From Waterburya sp. (GTDB lineage: Bacteria > Cyanobacteriota > Cyanobacteriia > Cyanobacteriales > Xenococcaceae): DNA of 64,000 nucleotides. Shown here in pieces: positions 41,762 through 52,063 of the stretch; position 1 is the stretch's first letter, and each line of letters begins with the position of its first letter. The notes below the pieces were generated by a model. It was not told where the DNA came from and did no database searches. It worked only from the letters and a program-made list of their open reading frames with translations. Made by a program: the position numbers and the translations under genes. The stretch spans positions 32,001-96,000 of the forward strand of contig CBDCJV010000002.1 of the NCBI GenBank assembly GCA_965217895.1. Reading direction: 5' to 3'.

Positions 41762-42613
41762 AGTATAAGGTACAGCTACAATTACTCATTCTAAATTATG
41801 CTCAACTGCATGGGATAGAGTAAAAGCCAATCCACTCAAAGTTTTACCACCCCCTGTAAATACAGCTAAACGAAAAACACCTGGTTTTAATTTTGCTGCA
41901 TCAAGACAAGCATTATAAACTTGCGATTGCACTAGATTAACTTGAGAATTTTCAGCACTACCCAACAATTCTTCTTGCGATCGCTCTAATGATTGCCAGA
42001 GACAATCGATTTTTAAGTCATCTCTGCGTTTATTTTCTGTTCTAATAGTTGCTTGTTCGGGAGCAAAATGTGTTTCTGTATAAAGATAATCTGCATCAAC
42101 TAAACAGGAAAATAAGAGCCGAATAAGTAGTTCGTTTGAGTAAACATCTGATAACAGATTTTTATACTGTCGTTCCGTTTCGGAATCAATATCTGTATTT
42201 AATGATTCTTTAATAGCATTTTTTAGAATGTGCTGGTGTGTATCACAATCAATTTCAGCAATACGAGCCATCATATCTGCACCTTGAGGTAAGCCAGCAT
42301 GATGTCCGTAAATTATCGATGTTAAGAAGGGAAATTTTTCTGCTGCTAATTTTGCTCCATATTTAGCATGAAGAACTTTTTGACGAGGTGCTTTCTCTCC
42401 AGATTTTGAAGCGCGATCGCATTGTTCTAAATACTGTTGAAACTCAGGATTGTATTTACCCAGATCGTGCCAAAGTCCAGCGTAATAAGTTAATTTTCCC
42501 GCATGAAATTTATTACCAAAAATCTCGGCTAATTTAGCTACTTTGGATAAATGATATTCAAGTAGATGCCATTTTTCGCTATTCTTTGATGGAGTATGTG
42601 CATAAAAAGGCAT
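41762..42613 (-). pseudogene. cas3: Truncated type I-C cas3 (HD domain plus helicase motif I)
   Basis: YAHT, WHDLGK, GHHAGL, LFSCLVDAD and TGGGKT motifs. TGA at 41786-41788 is followed in frame by VIVAVPYT (motif Ia), after which similarity ends. Confidence 0.88.
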
Positions 42614-42641
42614 GATTTTATTTATCGAAGATAATTAATAA

Positions 42642-43904
42642 TTGAAAATCTTAATTGTAAGTGCTAAAGATATTGGTGGAGGGGCAGCCCGTGCTGCTTA
42701 TCGACTACATCAGGGCTTGTTGGCACAAAAAGCCGACTCCCAAATGTTGGTGCAGAATAAACAGGGTGATGATCGTACCGTTATCGCCCCCATCAGCAAA
42801 GTCAAAAGAGGAGTTGCTGCGCTTAAGCCTGCACTAGATCGGCTACCCTTGGCTTTATATCCTCAGCGAGACACCACAATTAATATTTATTCTTCTCAAT
42901 GGTTGCCCAATAGAATTATTAGCAAAATCAGGCAAATTAATCCCGATATTATTAATCTCCACTGGGTATGTGGCGGATTTATGCCTATTGAAGCTTTAGG
43001 TCAATTAAAAAAGCCTTTGGTGTGGACTTTACATGATATGTGGGCATTTACGGGCGGATGTCACTATAGCGGAGAATGCGATCGCTATTTACAATCTTGT
43101 GGTGCTTGTCCTCAACTAGGAAGTAATCATAGCTGGGATTTATCTCGCTGGAATTGGCAGCGTAAAGCTAGAGCCTGGAAAGATTTAAATTTAACTATTG
43201 TAACCCCTAGCAGGTGGCTAGCTAGCTGCGCTGAAGCTAGTTCATTATTACAAAGTTTTCCAATTAGAGTGATTGGTAACGGCATCGATCCTCAGATTTA
43301 TCAACCCCATCCTATTGAATTAGCCAGAAAGATTTTAAATTTACCTAGGGATAAAAAGATCATTTTATTTGGGGCATTTGATAGCACTCAAGATAAACGA
43401 AAGGGCTTTTCTTTATTACACTTAGCATTAAAAACCTTTCAGCAGCTAGAATCTACTGAAGAAACTGAGATAGTTATTTTTGGTGCTTCTGCTCCTGTAG
43501 AGCCTCTAGATTTTGGGTTTAAAGCTCATTACACGGGCAAACTAAACGATGATGTTTCTTTGTCTTTGATTTATAGTGCAGCAGATGTATTTGTTGCTCC
43601 CTCGGTACAGGATAACTTACCGAACACTGTTTTAGAGTCAATGTTCTGTGGCACTCCCTGCGTTGCTTTCAAGATCGGTGGGATGCCAGATTTGATCGAT
43701 CATCAACAAAATGGTTATTTAGCCCAACCCTTTTTAGCAGATGATTTGGCTCAAGGAATTTATTGGATCTTAGCTGATGCTGCTAGATATTATCAGTTAG
43801 CAATTCAAAGTAGACATAAAGCGATCGCTCAGTTTAGTCTAGAACAGCAGGCACAAAAATACTTGCGAGTTTTTGATGATTTATGTAGTAAGCTAGCCCT
43901 ATGA
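42642..43904 (+). CDS. GT4 glycosyltransferase (WcaC-like)
   Basis: GGAARAAYRLH, WTLHDMW and DNLPNTVLE motifs. Confidence 0.92.
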   Translation: MKILIVSAKDIGGGAARAAYRLHQGLLAQKADSQMLVQNKQGDDRTVIAPISKVKRGVAALKPALDRLPLALYPQRDTTINIYSSQWLPNRIISKIRQINPDIINLHWVCGGFMPIEALGQLKKPLVWTLHDMWAFTGGCHYSGECDRYLQSCGACPQLGSNHSWDLSRWNWQRKARAWKDLNLTIVTPSRWLASCAEASSLLQSFPIRVIGNGIDPQIYQPHPIELARKILNLPRDKKIILFGAFDSTQDKRKGFSLLHLALKTFQQLESTEETEIVIFGASAPVEPLDFGFKAHYTGKLNDDVSLSLIYSAADVFVAPSVQDNLPNTVLESMFCGTPCVAFKIGGMPDLIDHQQNGYLAQPFLADDLAQGIYWILADAARYYQLAIQSRHKAIAQFSLEQQAQKYLRVFDDLCSKLAL

Positions 43905-43908
43905 ATTA

Positions 43909-44715
43909 TTGGTAACCAAATTTACAGTATACCTAGGGATAATGCTCAATAAAATTTGGCTAGATATAGTAACAATTACTAACAAAATTGATGAATCGCT
44001 ATTTGCTACTCTAAATAACGTTAGCCAACAGTCTTATCAAACTATCAACCATATTATTATTTACCCTGAATCTAATAATTTAGAACTCAATAAACTCAAG
44101 CCTTTTATCGAGCGAGCCAACCTGTTTTTTTATCCCCAAAAAGGTAAAGGTATCTCTTCTGCTTTTAATCAGGGAATTAACCATAGTCAAGGAGAAATTG
44201 TTTTATTTCTTAATTCTGGCGATACATTAGTTGCAGAAAACATTTTAGAACAGGTAGTTGCTGATTATAGTCAAAAAAAATGGTTGTGGGCAACAGGGGA
44301 GACTATTTCCGTAAGTAAGAATAAATATTTAAAAAAGCATCGCCAACAGCATAAAATTTGGCGTAATAGCCTTTTTTTTTATGGTAATCCTGTTTGCCAT
44401 CAATCGACTTTTTACTCCCGCAAACTAATTAAACAGCTAGGTTTATATAACGAGTCTTTATCAATAGGAATGGATTACGAATACAACATTAGAGCAAATC
44501 AACTATCTAATCCTCAACTATTGTATTTTCCCATTGCCTATTACGACACTACTGGTGTATCTTCAGTCAGAGTGTTTAAACAGTTTTTCAATAACCGTCG
44601 TATCCGCGATCGCTATTTTGAATTATCTTGGTTTAATCGGTTTAAAGTCGATTTTTACTGTTTACTTAAATCTTTTTATCGGTTAGCAATGGTGCCAGCC
44701 AAACTTTGGCTCTAG
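43909..44715 (+). CDS. GT2 glycosyltransferase (WcaE-like)
   Basis: GISSAFNQG, FLNSGD, CHQSTF and MDYE motifs. The start may be ATG 43942. Confidence 0.85.
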   Translation: MVTKFTVYLGIMLNKIWLDIVTITNKIDESLFATLNNVSQQSYQTINHIIIYPESNNLELNKLKPFIERANLFFYPQKGKGISSAFNQGINHSQGEIVLFLNSGDTLVAENILEQVVADYSQKKWLWATGETISVSKNKYLKKHRQQHKIWRNSLFFYGNPVCHQSTFYSRKLIKQLGLYNESLSIGMDYEYNIRANQLSNPQLLYFPIAYYDTTGVSSVRVFKQFFNNRRIRDRYFELSWFNRFKVDFYCLLKSFYRLAMVPAKLWL

Positions 44716-44778
44716 CTTTCAGACTAATTAAATCGATCTACTCTCTAATTTTTAAAAATATACTAAGGCTGACTGCTA

Positions 44779-45561
44779 ATGACCACCAGTAATGAGAGAA
44801 TTGAACGGGAAAAGCAATTTCACGATCGCCGTTATACTAACGATAATCAACGGCAACAAAAAGTAAATAAATTTTATAGCATAACAGGCTCAATTACTAG
44901 AGCCTATCAGCAAAAAATACTCTCTAACAGTAAGAATTCAAAAGTAATTGAATACGGCTGTGGCAAAGGAAGCTATGCCTTTGAAATAGCGAAAAATGAG
45001 GCGCAATTAGTTACAGGAATTGATATTTCACCAATTGCTATCGAAACTGCAATTCAGCAAGCAGTAAAAGAAAATATTCAAGGCAACATTAGTTTTGAAA
45101 TTATGAATGCTGAACATTTGGAATTTGCTGAAGGCTCTTATAATTTAATTTGTGGCTCAGGAATATTACACCATCTCAACTTAGCTTCAGCTATAGATTC
45201 CATCACCAGAATTCTCCAACCTGAAGGAAAAGCAATTTTTCTTGAGCCTTTAGGACATAATTTTTTAATTAACTTGTATCGTCGCCTGACTCCCGATATT
45301 CGCTCCGAAGACGAACATCCTTTATCTGAAACTGACTTAAAAGCAATTAAACGTAATTTCGGGCAAGCTCAGATTGATTATTTTTATCTGACTAGTCTAT
45401 TTGCTTGCCTTTTCGTAGGCAAGCCTGGATTTAAAAGCTTACTTGGTTGTTGTGAGTTTATTGATTCAATTCTGTTGAAGTTGCCAGTCATTAGAAGCCA
45501 AGCCTGGATGGTTTTAATTGAGCTAAAACAACCCATTAAACAAAACAATCTCTCAATTTAA
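44779..45561 (+). CDS. Class I SAM-dependent methyltransferase
   Basis: IEYGCGKG, GIDIS and ILHHL motifs. Confidence 0.9.
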   Translation: MTTSNERIEREKQFHDRRYTNDNQRQQKVNKFYSITGSITRAYQQKILSNSKNSKVIEYGCGKGSYAFEIAKNEAQLVTGIDISPIAIETAIQQAVKENIQGNISFEIMNAEHLEFAEGSYNLICGSGILHHLNLASAIDSITRILQPEGKAIFLEPLGHNFLINLYRRLTPDIRSEDEHPLSETDLKAIKRNFGQAQIDYFYLTSLFACLFVGKPGFKSLLGCCEFIDSILLKLPVIRSQAWMVLIELKQPIKQNNLSI

Positions 45562-45635
45562 TTTTTTATAGCCGTATTTGACGCTAGATTTACTAACTAG
45601 CGACTAAAAAATAAGTACTTTGGATCAAAATCAAG

Positions 45636-46757
45636 ATGAGCGTGAGCAAAAATCCTTCTGTTTCAATAGTAATTCCTACATATAACGAAGTAGACAATAT
45701 TGAAGCGGTTGTACGTAAGTTTTTGGCTTCTAAATATTCTAATTTATTAGAAATACTGATTGTCGATGGGCTAAGTACTGATGGAACACAGGCTAAAATT
45801 CAAGAGATATCACGCATTTATCCCCAAATAAGATTGCTAAACAATCCCCGTCGTATACAGTCTGCTGCTCTTAACATTGGTTTAAAGGCTTGTGAAGGTG
45901 ATATCTTTTTAAGAGCCGATGCTCACTGCAACTACGCTTACAATTATATAGAAGAATGTGTGGCAGCTTTACAAAAGTCTCAGGCAGTAAATGTAGGAGG
46001 AGCGCAACGTTTTATAGCAGCTAATACCTTTCAAGCTGGAGTTGCTTTAGCTTCTCGTAGTCTTTTAGGCAGTGGGGGAGCAAAATATCGCAATCCTAAC
46101 TATAACGGCTATGCTGAAACGGTTTTCTTAGGCTGTTTTTGGCGTTCAGATTTAGAAGCTGTGGGAGGATATGAAGTCACTCGTAAAGAAGATTCTGAAC
46201 TAAATTTTCGCTTAGTTAAAGCAAAAGGCGATCGCGTAATTTACATAAGTTCAGGCATAAAGGTTTGGTATTTTCCTCGCAGCAACTGGCTAAGTTTATG
46301 GCGACAGTACGTAAAATACGGCAGAGGTAGCTGTATTGTGTCATCTAAATATGCTCAAGAACTACCTTTAAGAAACAAAATTCCTTTTTTTGGCATTCTG
46401 GGATTAATGATCGCTGTACTAGCTGACTTAACTATACTCGATGGTTTACTACACACAATACCTTTAATTTTATTGGGCTTTTGCCTAATTGCCTTAGAAG
46501 CAGCGCGAATAACCCTAAAATATAAGAGTAAATTTCGTGAGGAATTTTGGTATTACTCTGAAAAACCGATGCCTAGCTTAGTCAGCCGTTGGTTATGTTG
46601 TACTATAGCGATCGCAACTATGCCCGTAGCTCACTTTACAGGTTTTGGTTATCAGCTTTATCTAAGAAAGATTAGGAAAAACCAAGATAATTGCTTTTTT
46701 GAATCAAGATCTAGCATACCCAAATGTAATTTGGTGAAAGAGAAAATAAAGGCATAA
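45636..46757 (+). CDS. GT2 glycosyltransferase (ExoA-like)
   Basis: IPTYNE, DGLSTDGT, RADAH, EDSELN and WRQY..YG motifs; C-terminal TM helices. Confidence 0.88.
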   Translation: MSVSKNPSVSIVIPTYNEVDNIEAVVRKFLASKYSNLLEILIVDGLSTDGTQAKIQEISRIYPQIRLLNNPRRIQSAALNIGLKACEGDIFLRADAHCNYAYNYIEECVAALQKSQAVNVGGAQRFIAANTFQAGVALASRSLLGSGGAKYRNPNYNGYAETVFLGCFWRSDLEAVGGYEVTRKEDSELNFRLVKAKGDRVIYISSGIKVWYFPRSNWLSLWRQYVKYGRGSCIVSSKYAQELPLRNKIPFFGILGLMIAVLADLTILDGLLHTIPLILLGFCLIALEAARITLKYKSKFREEFWYYSEKPMPSLVSRWLCCTIAIATMPVAHFTGFGYQLYLRKIRKNQDNCFFESRSSIPKCNLVKEKIKA

Positions 46758-46848
46758 ACTTTGGTTAAATAAAGTCTGGGCTGATATTTTTGCGATTTAG
46801 CCTAGCCAGAAATTGCTAACGTGTGAATTTTATAGTTGGGAGTAAAAT

Positions 46849-48075
46849 ATGAAAGTTATCATCCTTGGAGGAGACGGCTTCTGTGGCTGGCCTACCTCTT
46901 TACATCTATCGAATCTCGACTTTGAAGTTGTTATTGTCGATAACCTATCTAGACGCAACATTGATAACGAGTTAGAAGTTAGTTCTTTGACTCCTATCTC
47001 ACCTATTGGACAAAGATTAAATACCTGGAAAGAAATTACAGGCAAAAATATTAAATTTTACAATATTGATATTGCCCAAGAGTACGATCGCCTACTAAAT
47101 CTGATTTTGGATCAAAAGCCTGATGCGATCGTCCATTTTGCCGAACAAAGGGCTGCTCCCTATTCCATGAAATCTTCTAAACACAAGCGTTATACGGTTA
47201 ATAACAATCTTAACGCTACTAATAATTTACTCTGTGCCATTGTCGAATCTGGTTTAGATATTCACTTAGTCCATTTAGGCACAATGGGAGTCTATGGCTA
47301 TGGTACTGCGGGGATGAAAATACCCGAAGGATATTTAGACGTAGAAGTGGTTGCCGATAATGGCGATCGCATTCAACAAGAAATTCTCTATCCCGCTAAT
47401 CCTGGCAGTGTCTATCATATGACTAAAACTCAGGATCAGCTATTTTTCTACTATTACAATAAAAACGATGGTATTCGCGTCACCGATTTACACCAAGGAA
47501 TTGTTTGGGGAACAAACACTCCTGAAACCTTAATAGATGAAAAGTTAGTTAATCGTTTTGATTATGATGGTGATTATGGTACAGTTCTCAATCGCTTCTT
47601 AATGCAGGCAGCTATAGGTTATCCTCTTACTGTCCATGGAACTGGGGGACAAACTAGAGCTTTTATTCACATCAAAGATACTGTGCGCTGTGTGCAATTA
47701 GCGATCGAAAATCCACCCAGTCAAGGTGAACGAGTGAGAATTCTTAATCAGATGACAGAAACCCATCGAGTTAAAGATCTCGCTAAAATGATTGCAGATA
47801 TGACTCAAGGGGAAATCGCTTATTTAGAGAATCCCCGTAATGAAGCACCTGAAAACGAGTTATTCGTCAAAAACCAACGCTTTTTAGATTTAGGTTTGAA
47901 GCCAACAACCTTAAGTCAGGGATTACTAAAAGAAGTAACTGAAGTAGCCCAGAAGTATGCTCATCGTTGTGATAAAAGTAAAATCCCTTGTACTTCTTTA
48001 TGGATTCAAAAATCTAAGCCAACATCAAAAAGCAACAGTATAAAATCAAAATCTGTAGAAACCAGCAAAGTATAA
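46849..48075 (+). CDS. sqdB: UDP-sulfoquinovose synthase
   Basis: GGDGFCGWP, HFAEQRAAPYSM, HLGTMGVYG, YHMTK and RFDYDGDYGTVLNRF motifs. Confidence 0.95.
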   Translation: MKVIILGGDGFCGWPTSLHLSNLDFEVVIVDNLSRRNIDNELEVSSLTPISPIGQRLNTWKEITGKNIKFYNIDIAQEYDRLLNLILDQKPDAIVHFAEQRAAPYSMKSSKHKRYTVNNNLNATNNLLCAIVESGLDIHLVHLGTMGVYGYGTAGMKIPEGYLDVEVVADNGDRIQQEILYPANPGSVYHMTKTQDQLFFYYYNKNDGIRVTDLHQGIVWGTNTPETLIDEKLVNRFDYDGDYGTVLNRFLMQAAIGYPLTVHGTGGQTRAFIHIKDTVRCVQLAIENPPSQGERVRILNQMTETHRVKDLAKMIADMTQGEIAYLENPRNEAPENELFVKNQRFLDLGLKPTTLSQGLLKEVTEVAQKYAHRCDKSKIPCTSLWIQKSKPTSKSNSIKSKSVETSKV

Positions 48076-48103
48076 GCATAAATATAGCCATACAAAATTA
48101 GAT

Positions 48104-48250
48104 TAGCGGTGCGACCCCCGCGCATGGTTCGACAGAAAGGACTTGTCCGCATCTAGGTGCAAGGCGCAAGCGTCCGACACGAGGGCATCCTACGCCCCGC
48201 ATAAAGCTGTTCCATTTGGGAACAGCACGGGGACACCTAAACGGGAAGCG
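48104..48250. repeat. Composite GC-rich dispersed-repeat cluster
   Basis: Contains AAGGACTTGTCCGCA (also at 5628), AGGCGCAAG (also near 56818) and the 32259-type repeat. Confidence 0.7.
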
Positions 48251-48455
48251 AGAACAGGAAGTAGGGTAGGGAGTAGTAATTTGACCAAGTATTCTGACGT
48301 TTGTACGTAATGCTATAACTACCCTTACCTTTATTAAGCTGAACAAACGAACTACTCATGCTGTTGGATAAAACAAGCAGTAGAGAATTTACGATCATAT
48401 CAAGCTTTCTCTGGTCAAATTCCCGTCTTTTCTTGACCTATCTAGGTAGCTATTA

Positions 48456-49427
48456 TTATTCTACTAATTCCACAAGCCTAGAAATTTCTTGTTGAACGGC
48501 TTTATTCCACTGTTGACGATATTCGCTTAGATCCATTTTCTGAAGAGATAATTCCCTGATAGCTTTGACAATAGACTCGGAAGAATTTTCTACTAATACA
48601 GCCCATTCCCCAAATAATTTTTCAGTTAATGATGTCTTGCTAATAACTAATTGAGTATCTGAAGATAATGCTTCACAAGCACCGCTGGGTTGAGTTGCAT
48701 TACTAGTTGTTAATACTAAAGATGCCAAACTTGAACACAAGACCTGATGATACTCTTCCGTAGCCAAAAAACCAGTAAGGGTGACGTTATCTAATTTTTG
48801 CAAACTAGCTGCTGTTTCTGTATCTAGCTTGTTAATATCAGCGGTAATTACAAAGTTATATTCAATCAGCTTCGCCATAGTTTCGATCAATAAACCGACT
48901 GGTTCATCCCACGGATCGAATGAGGCAATAACTAAAATCTTTTTAGCCTGGCGTTTTTGGGGTCTAATTGGCACAATTGCCTCAATAGGATCGCAAATTG
49001 TAAACAGTTTGACTTGAGGATAAATTTTGGAGACCAACTGAAACATTTCGGTATTGTGAACAATAATTGCCAAGGCATTTTTTAGCAAAGTTTTGCTTAG
49101 GGGCAAACTCTGCCACATTTCCACTTGAAACAAAGGATTATGAGCATCAATTATGTAAGGAGTTTTGGTGAGTAAGGCTGGCAAAGCACTAAAGGTAGGA
49201 GGACATTGAGCCACTACAAAATCAGGCTTTTTGGTCAAAATATCTCGAACGCTCACTACCAGTTTTATTAAATAGTCTAAAGGTCGCAAATACTTACTTT
49301 TAAATAAATGAGGAATAAACCTTAGCTCACAACTAATTAGAGAGGCGAGAACTTCGGGTCTTCTTTGATACTGCTTCCAAACCAGAAACAAACCAGAAAA
49401 TTTATTTGCTGAATTACTATTCGACAT
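48456..49427 (-). CDS. Glycosyltransferase (GT-B, GT4-like)
   Basis: VVAQCPP, IIDAHN and LTGFL...PSGACEALS motifs. Confidence 0.75.
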   Translation of the reverse strand: MSNSNSANKFSGLFLVWKQYQRRPEVLASLISCELRFIPHLFKSKYLRPLDYLIKLVVSVRDILTKKPDFVVAQCPPTFSALPALLTKTPYIIDAHNPLFQVEMWQSLPLSKTLLKNALAIIVHNTEMFQLVSKIYPQVKLFTICDPIEAIVPIRPQKRQAKKILVIASFDPWDEPVGLLIETMAKLIEYNFVITADINKLDTETAASLQKLDNVTLTGFLATEEYHQVLCSSLASLVLTTSNATQPSGACEALSSDTQLVISKTSLTEKLFGEWAVLVENSSESIVKAIRELSLQKMDLSEYRQQWNKAVQQEISRLVELVE

Positions 49428-49737
49428 TATTTACAACATAATTGACTTTGATTAGCAGCTATTTTAAACTTTTAAATTAGAATTAGTCTTTAAAAACTTA
49501 AGAGGTGTAAAAGCTAATAGGTTTAATCTCATACTAACAGTACAGTCTAGTAGAGAAAAGCTAAAAACTGTTGTAAGGATATTTTTTACAGTTTGAGAAG
49601 TAAAAGAAATGGCGATCGCATTTTTGAAAACCAAACACTACAACTTATCTTTTAGCTGATTCTACTGAAGTCTTCGTATACGTTTCAAGACTAGGATTGT
49701 AGGGATTCAATATAACTGTTGTAATTCCTACAAAACT

Positions 49738-50427
49738 ATGGATTATGAAATCGTACATAAACTTTCGCCAGAACAGGAAGAACTAGAAAAAAAGAAAGCT
49801 GAATTAGCAGCATTAGAAACCGAATTAGCTGAAAACGAATTAAATCTGGCTACTTTTCAAGGAGAATTAAATGCTTTTGAAAAAGAATATATGCGGATCA
49901 TTGGGATTCGCTATACGGAACTAGATCGCATAGAAGCTCAAATTGAAGAATATATAGCACTTTTAGAATCTGATCGAGATTTCCAACCATCCGCAGAATT
50001 AAAGAAACTGTATCGTCAAGTAGCCAAGAAAATTCATCCAGACTTAGCAACTGATGACGAAGAACGCCAACGCAGACAAGAATTAATGGCTGAGGCTAAC
50101 ATCGCCTATGAAAACGGTAATTTAGAAAAACTCAAATCGATTTTACGAGATTGGGAAAATAGTCCTGAATCAATTAAAGGCGAAGGAATTAGCTTTGAGT
50201 TAATTCGCATTATCCGACAAATAGCTCAAAGTCGCGATCGTTTAAAAGCTATCCAATTAGAAATTACAGATTTAGAACAAACCGAACTGTTTCAGTTAAA
50301 AACCAAAGTGATTGAGGCAAAAGAAGTTGGACAAGATTTATTAGCAGATATGGCTGATGAATTAGATAAACAAATTAATAGTGCAATGGAAAAACTAGAA
50401 GAATTGAAAATAAAGTTGAGCTTATAA
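49738..50427 (+). CDS. Coiled-coil protein with an internal J-domain
   Basis: LKKLYRQVAKKIHPD...MAEANIAY flanked by long coiled coils. Confidence 0.8.
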   Translation: MDYEIVHKLSPEQEELEKKKAELAALETELAENELNLATFQGELNAFEKEYMRIIGIRYTELDRIEAQIEEYIALLESDRDFQPSAELKKLYRQVAKKIHPDLATDDEERQRRQELMAEANIAYENGNLEKLKSILRDWENSPESIKGEGISFELIRIIRQIAQSRDRLKAIQLEITDLEQTELFQLKTKVIEAKEVGQDLLADMADELDKQINSAMEKLEELKIKLSL

Positions 50428-50434
50428 ATACTTA

Positions 50435-52063
50435 ATGAATAACAAAGATATTGTAAAAACAACGAGTACCAATCAAGTAAGTAAATATTCCTCTAGTTTA
50501 ATTATTAGAGGATTGAGTTTAGCAGTCTCAGTTGAAAAAAATGATAACAAATATCACTTCAAAAGCTTGCTAGAGAAAGGAATCAATTTATACGAACTTC
50601 AAGAATATCAAAAAGCATTAGATACACTGGATAAAATTACAAATCTCGATCCCAATTTTAATAATGCAGACTATTGGGAAACCAAAGCAAAAAGCTTATC
50701 TAAACTCAAAAGATATAAAGAAGCAGTAGAATCTTTTTATAAAATATTGGAAATAGAGGAAGATATAGATTATTTGTATGAACTTTTATTAGAAGAAGTA
50801 GATGAACTATGTTGTCAAGAGCAACATAGAGAAGCACTAATTTTTCACGAGGCAGTAGTTGAAGTTAAGCCTTATGATTCTTGGGGATATTACTCTAAAG
50901 GGATGACTCAGTTTATTTTAGGTCTTTACGAAGAAGCAGTTGAGTCTTTCAATAAATCCATTGCAATAGAAGTTGACGATCCTGATATATGGCAATGGAA
51001 AGCAGACGCTTTGCATCAACTTGGTAGATATGAAGAGGAACTGTTTACATATAATCTATTGATACAGTTAGATCCAAATAAATCTTGTTCATGGGTGGGT
51101 AAAGCCAAGACTTTATACAACTTAAATAAATATTCAGATGCTTTAGAGGCTTATAATAAGGCAATAGAACTTGGTTCAAACTATGCTTGGGTATGGCTAG
51201 AAAGAGGAGATACATTAGATGAATTACAAAGACATGAAGAAGCTAGTTCGTCTTACAGTCAAGCATCTAGTTTAGAACTCTTGTCTACAGTTGATTGGCT
51301 TTTCAATAAAGCTAAAGAATTGAGCGATTTGAATAATTTTCAAAAAGCAGTTAGGTTATTTGATAAAGTTACTGAAATTAAATCTGAATATTTTGAAGCT
51401 TGGTACAATAAAGGATATTGCTTATTTAATTTACAGCAATACGAACAAGCTATTATTGCTTTTGATAAGGCTATTACTATTCAATCGCAATATTATCAAG
51501 AACAAGCATGGTATTTGAAAGGTGTTGCATTATACAATCTTCAGAAATATCAAAATGCCATTAAATGTTTTCGCCAGGCTATAGAAATTGAGCCTAACTA
51601 TTTTATGGCTTTTTATTTCTGTGGTGCTGCATTAAATGAACTACATCATTATAACGAAGCAATAATTAACTTTGATCGAGCAATCTCAATTGAACCTAAA
51701 CTAGCTATAGCTTGGAATGATAGAAGTCTAGCGTTATTAAATATGCAAAGATACGAAGAGGCAATATCTAGTTGTGATATGGCAATTGAAATAGATCCAA
51801 ACCTTTATATTAGTTGGTCAAATAAAGGTACTACCTTTTTATCTTTAAAAAATTATTTTGAAGCGGTTGAATCATATGATCGCGCCATTGAAATAAAACC
51901 TGATTATTATGAAGCTTGGCATAACAAAGGTATTGCAATGCAAAACTCACAGAGATACTACGAGGCTATTTTTTGTTATCAGAAAGTTCTAGAAATTAAT
52001 CCTGATTATCAACTAGCCAAATTTAATTTAATGTTACTTAAATCAGAAGTAACTAACTATTAA
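50435..52063 (+). CDS. TPR-repeat protein
   Basis: More than 10 TPR units (AWYNKG..L..L..YEEAI..FDKAI.I.P). Confidence 0.92.
   Translation: MNNKDIVKTTSTNQVSKYSSSLIIRGLSLAVSVEKNDNKYHFKSLLEKGINLYELQEYQKALDTLDKITNLDPNFNNADYWETKAKSLSKLKRYKEAVESFYKILEIEEDIDYLYELLLEEVDELCCQEQHREALIFHEAVVEVKPYDSWGYYSKGMTQFILGLYEEAVESFNKSIAIEVDDPDIWQWKADALHQLGRYEEELFTYNLLIQLDPNKSCSWVGKAKTLYNLNKYSDALEAYNKAIELGSNYAWVWLERGDTLDELQRHEEASSSYSQASSLELLSTVDWLFNKAKELSDLNNFQKAVRLFDKVTEIKSEYFEAWYNKGYCLFNLQQYEQAIIAFDKAITIQSQYYQEQAWYLKGVALYNLQKYQNAIKCFRQAIEIEPNYFMAFYFCGAALNELHHYNEAIINFDRAISIEPKLAIAWNDRSLALLNMQRYEEAISSCDMAIEIDPNLYISWSNKGTTFLSLKNYFEAVESYDRAIEIKPDYYEAWHNKGIAMQNSQRYYEAIFCYQKVLEINPDYQLAKFNLMLLKSEVTNY

Noticed and set aside
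48098..48346. 82-aa ORF
   Set aside because: It runs through the GC-rich repeat cluster.
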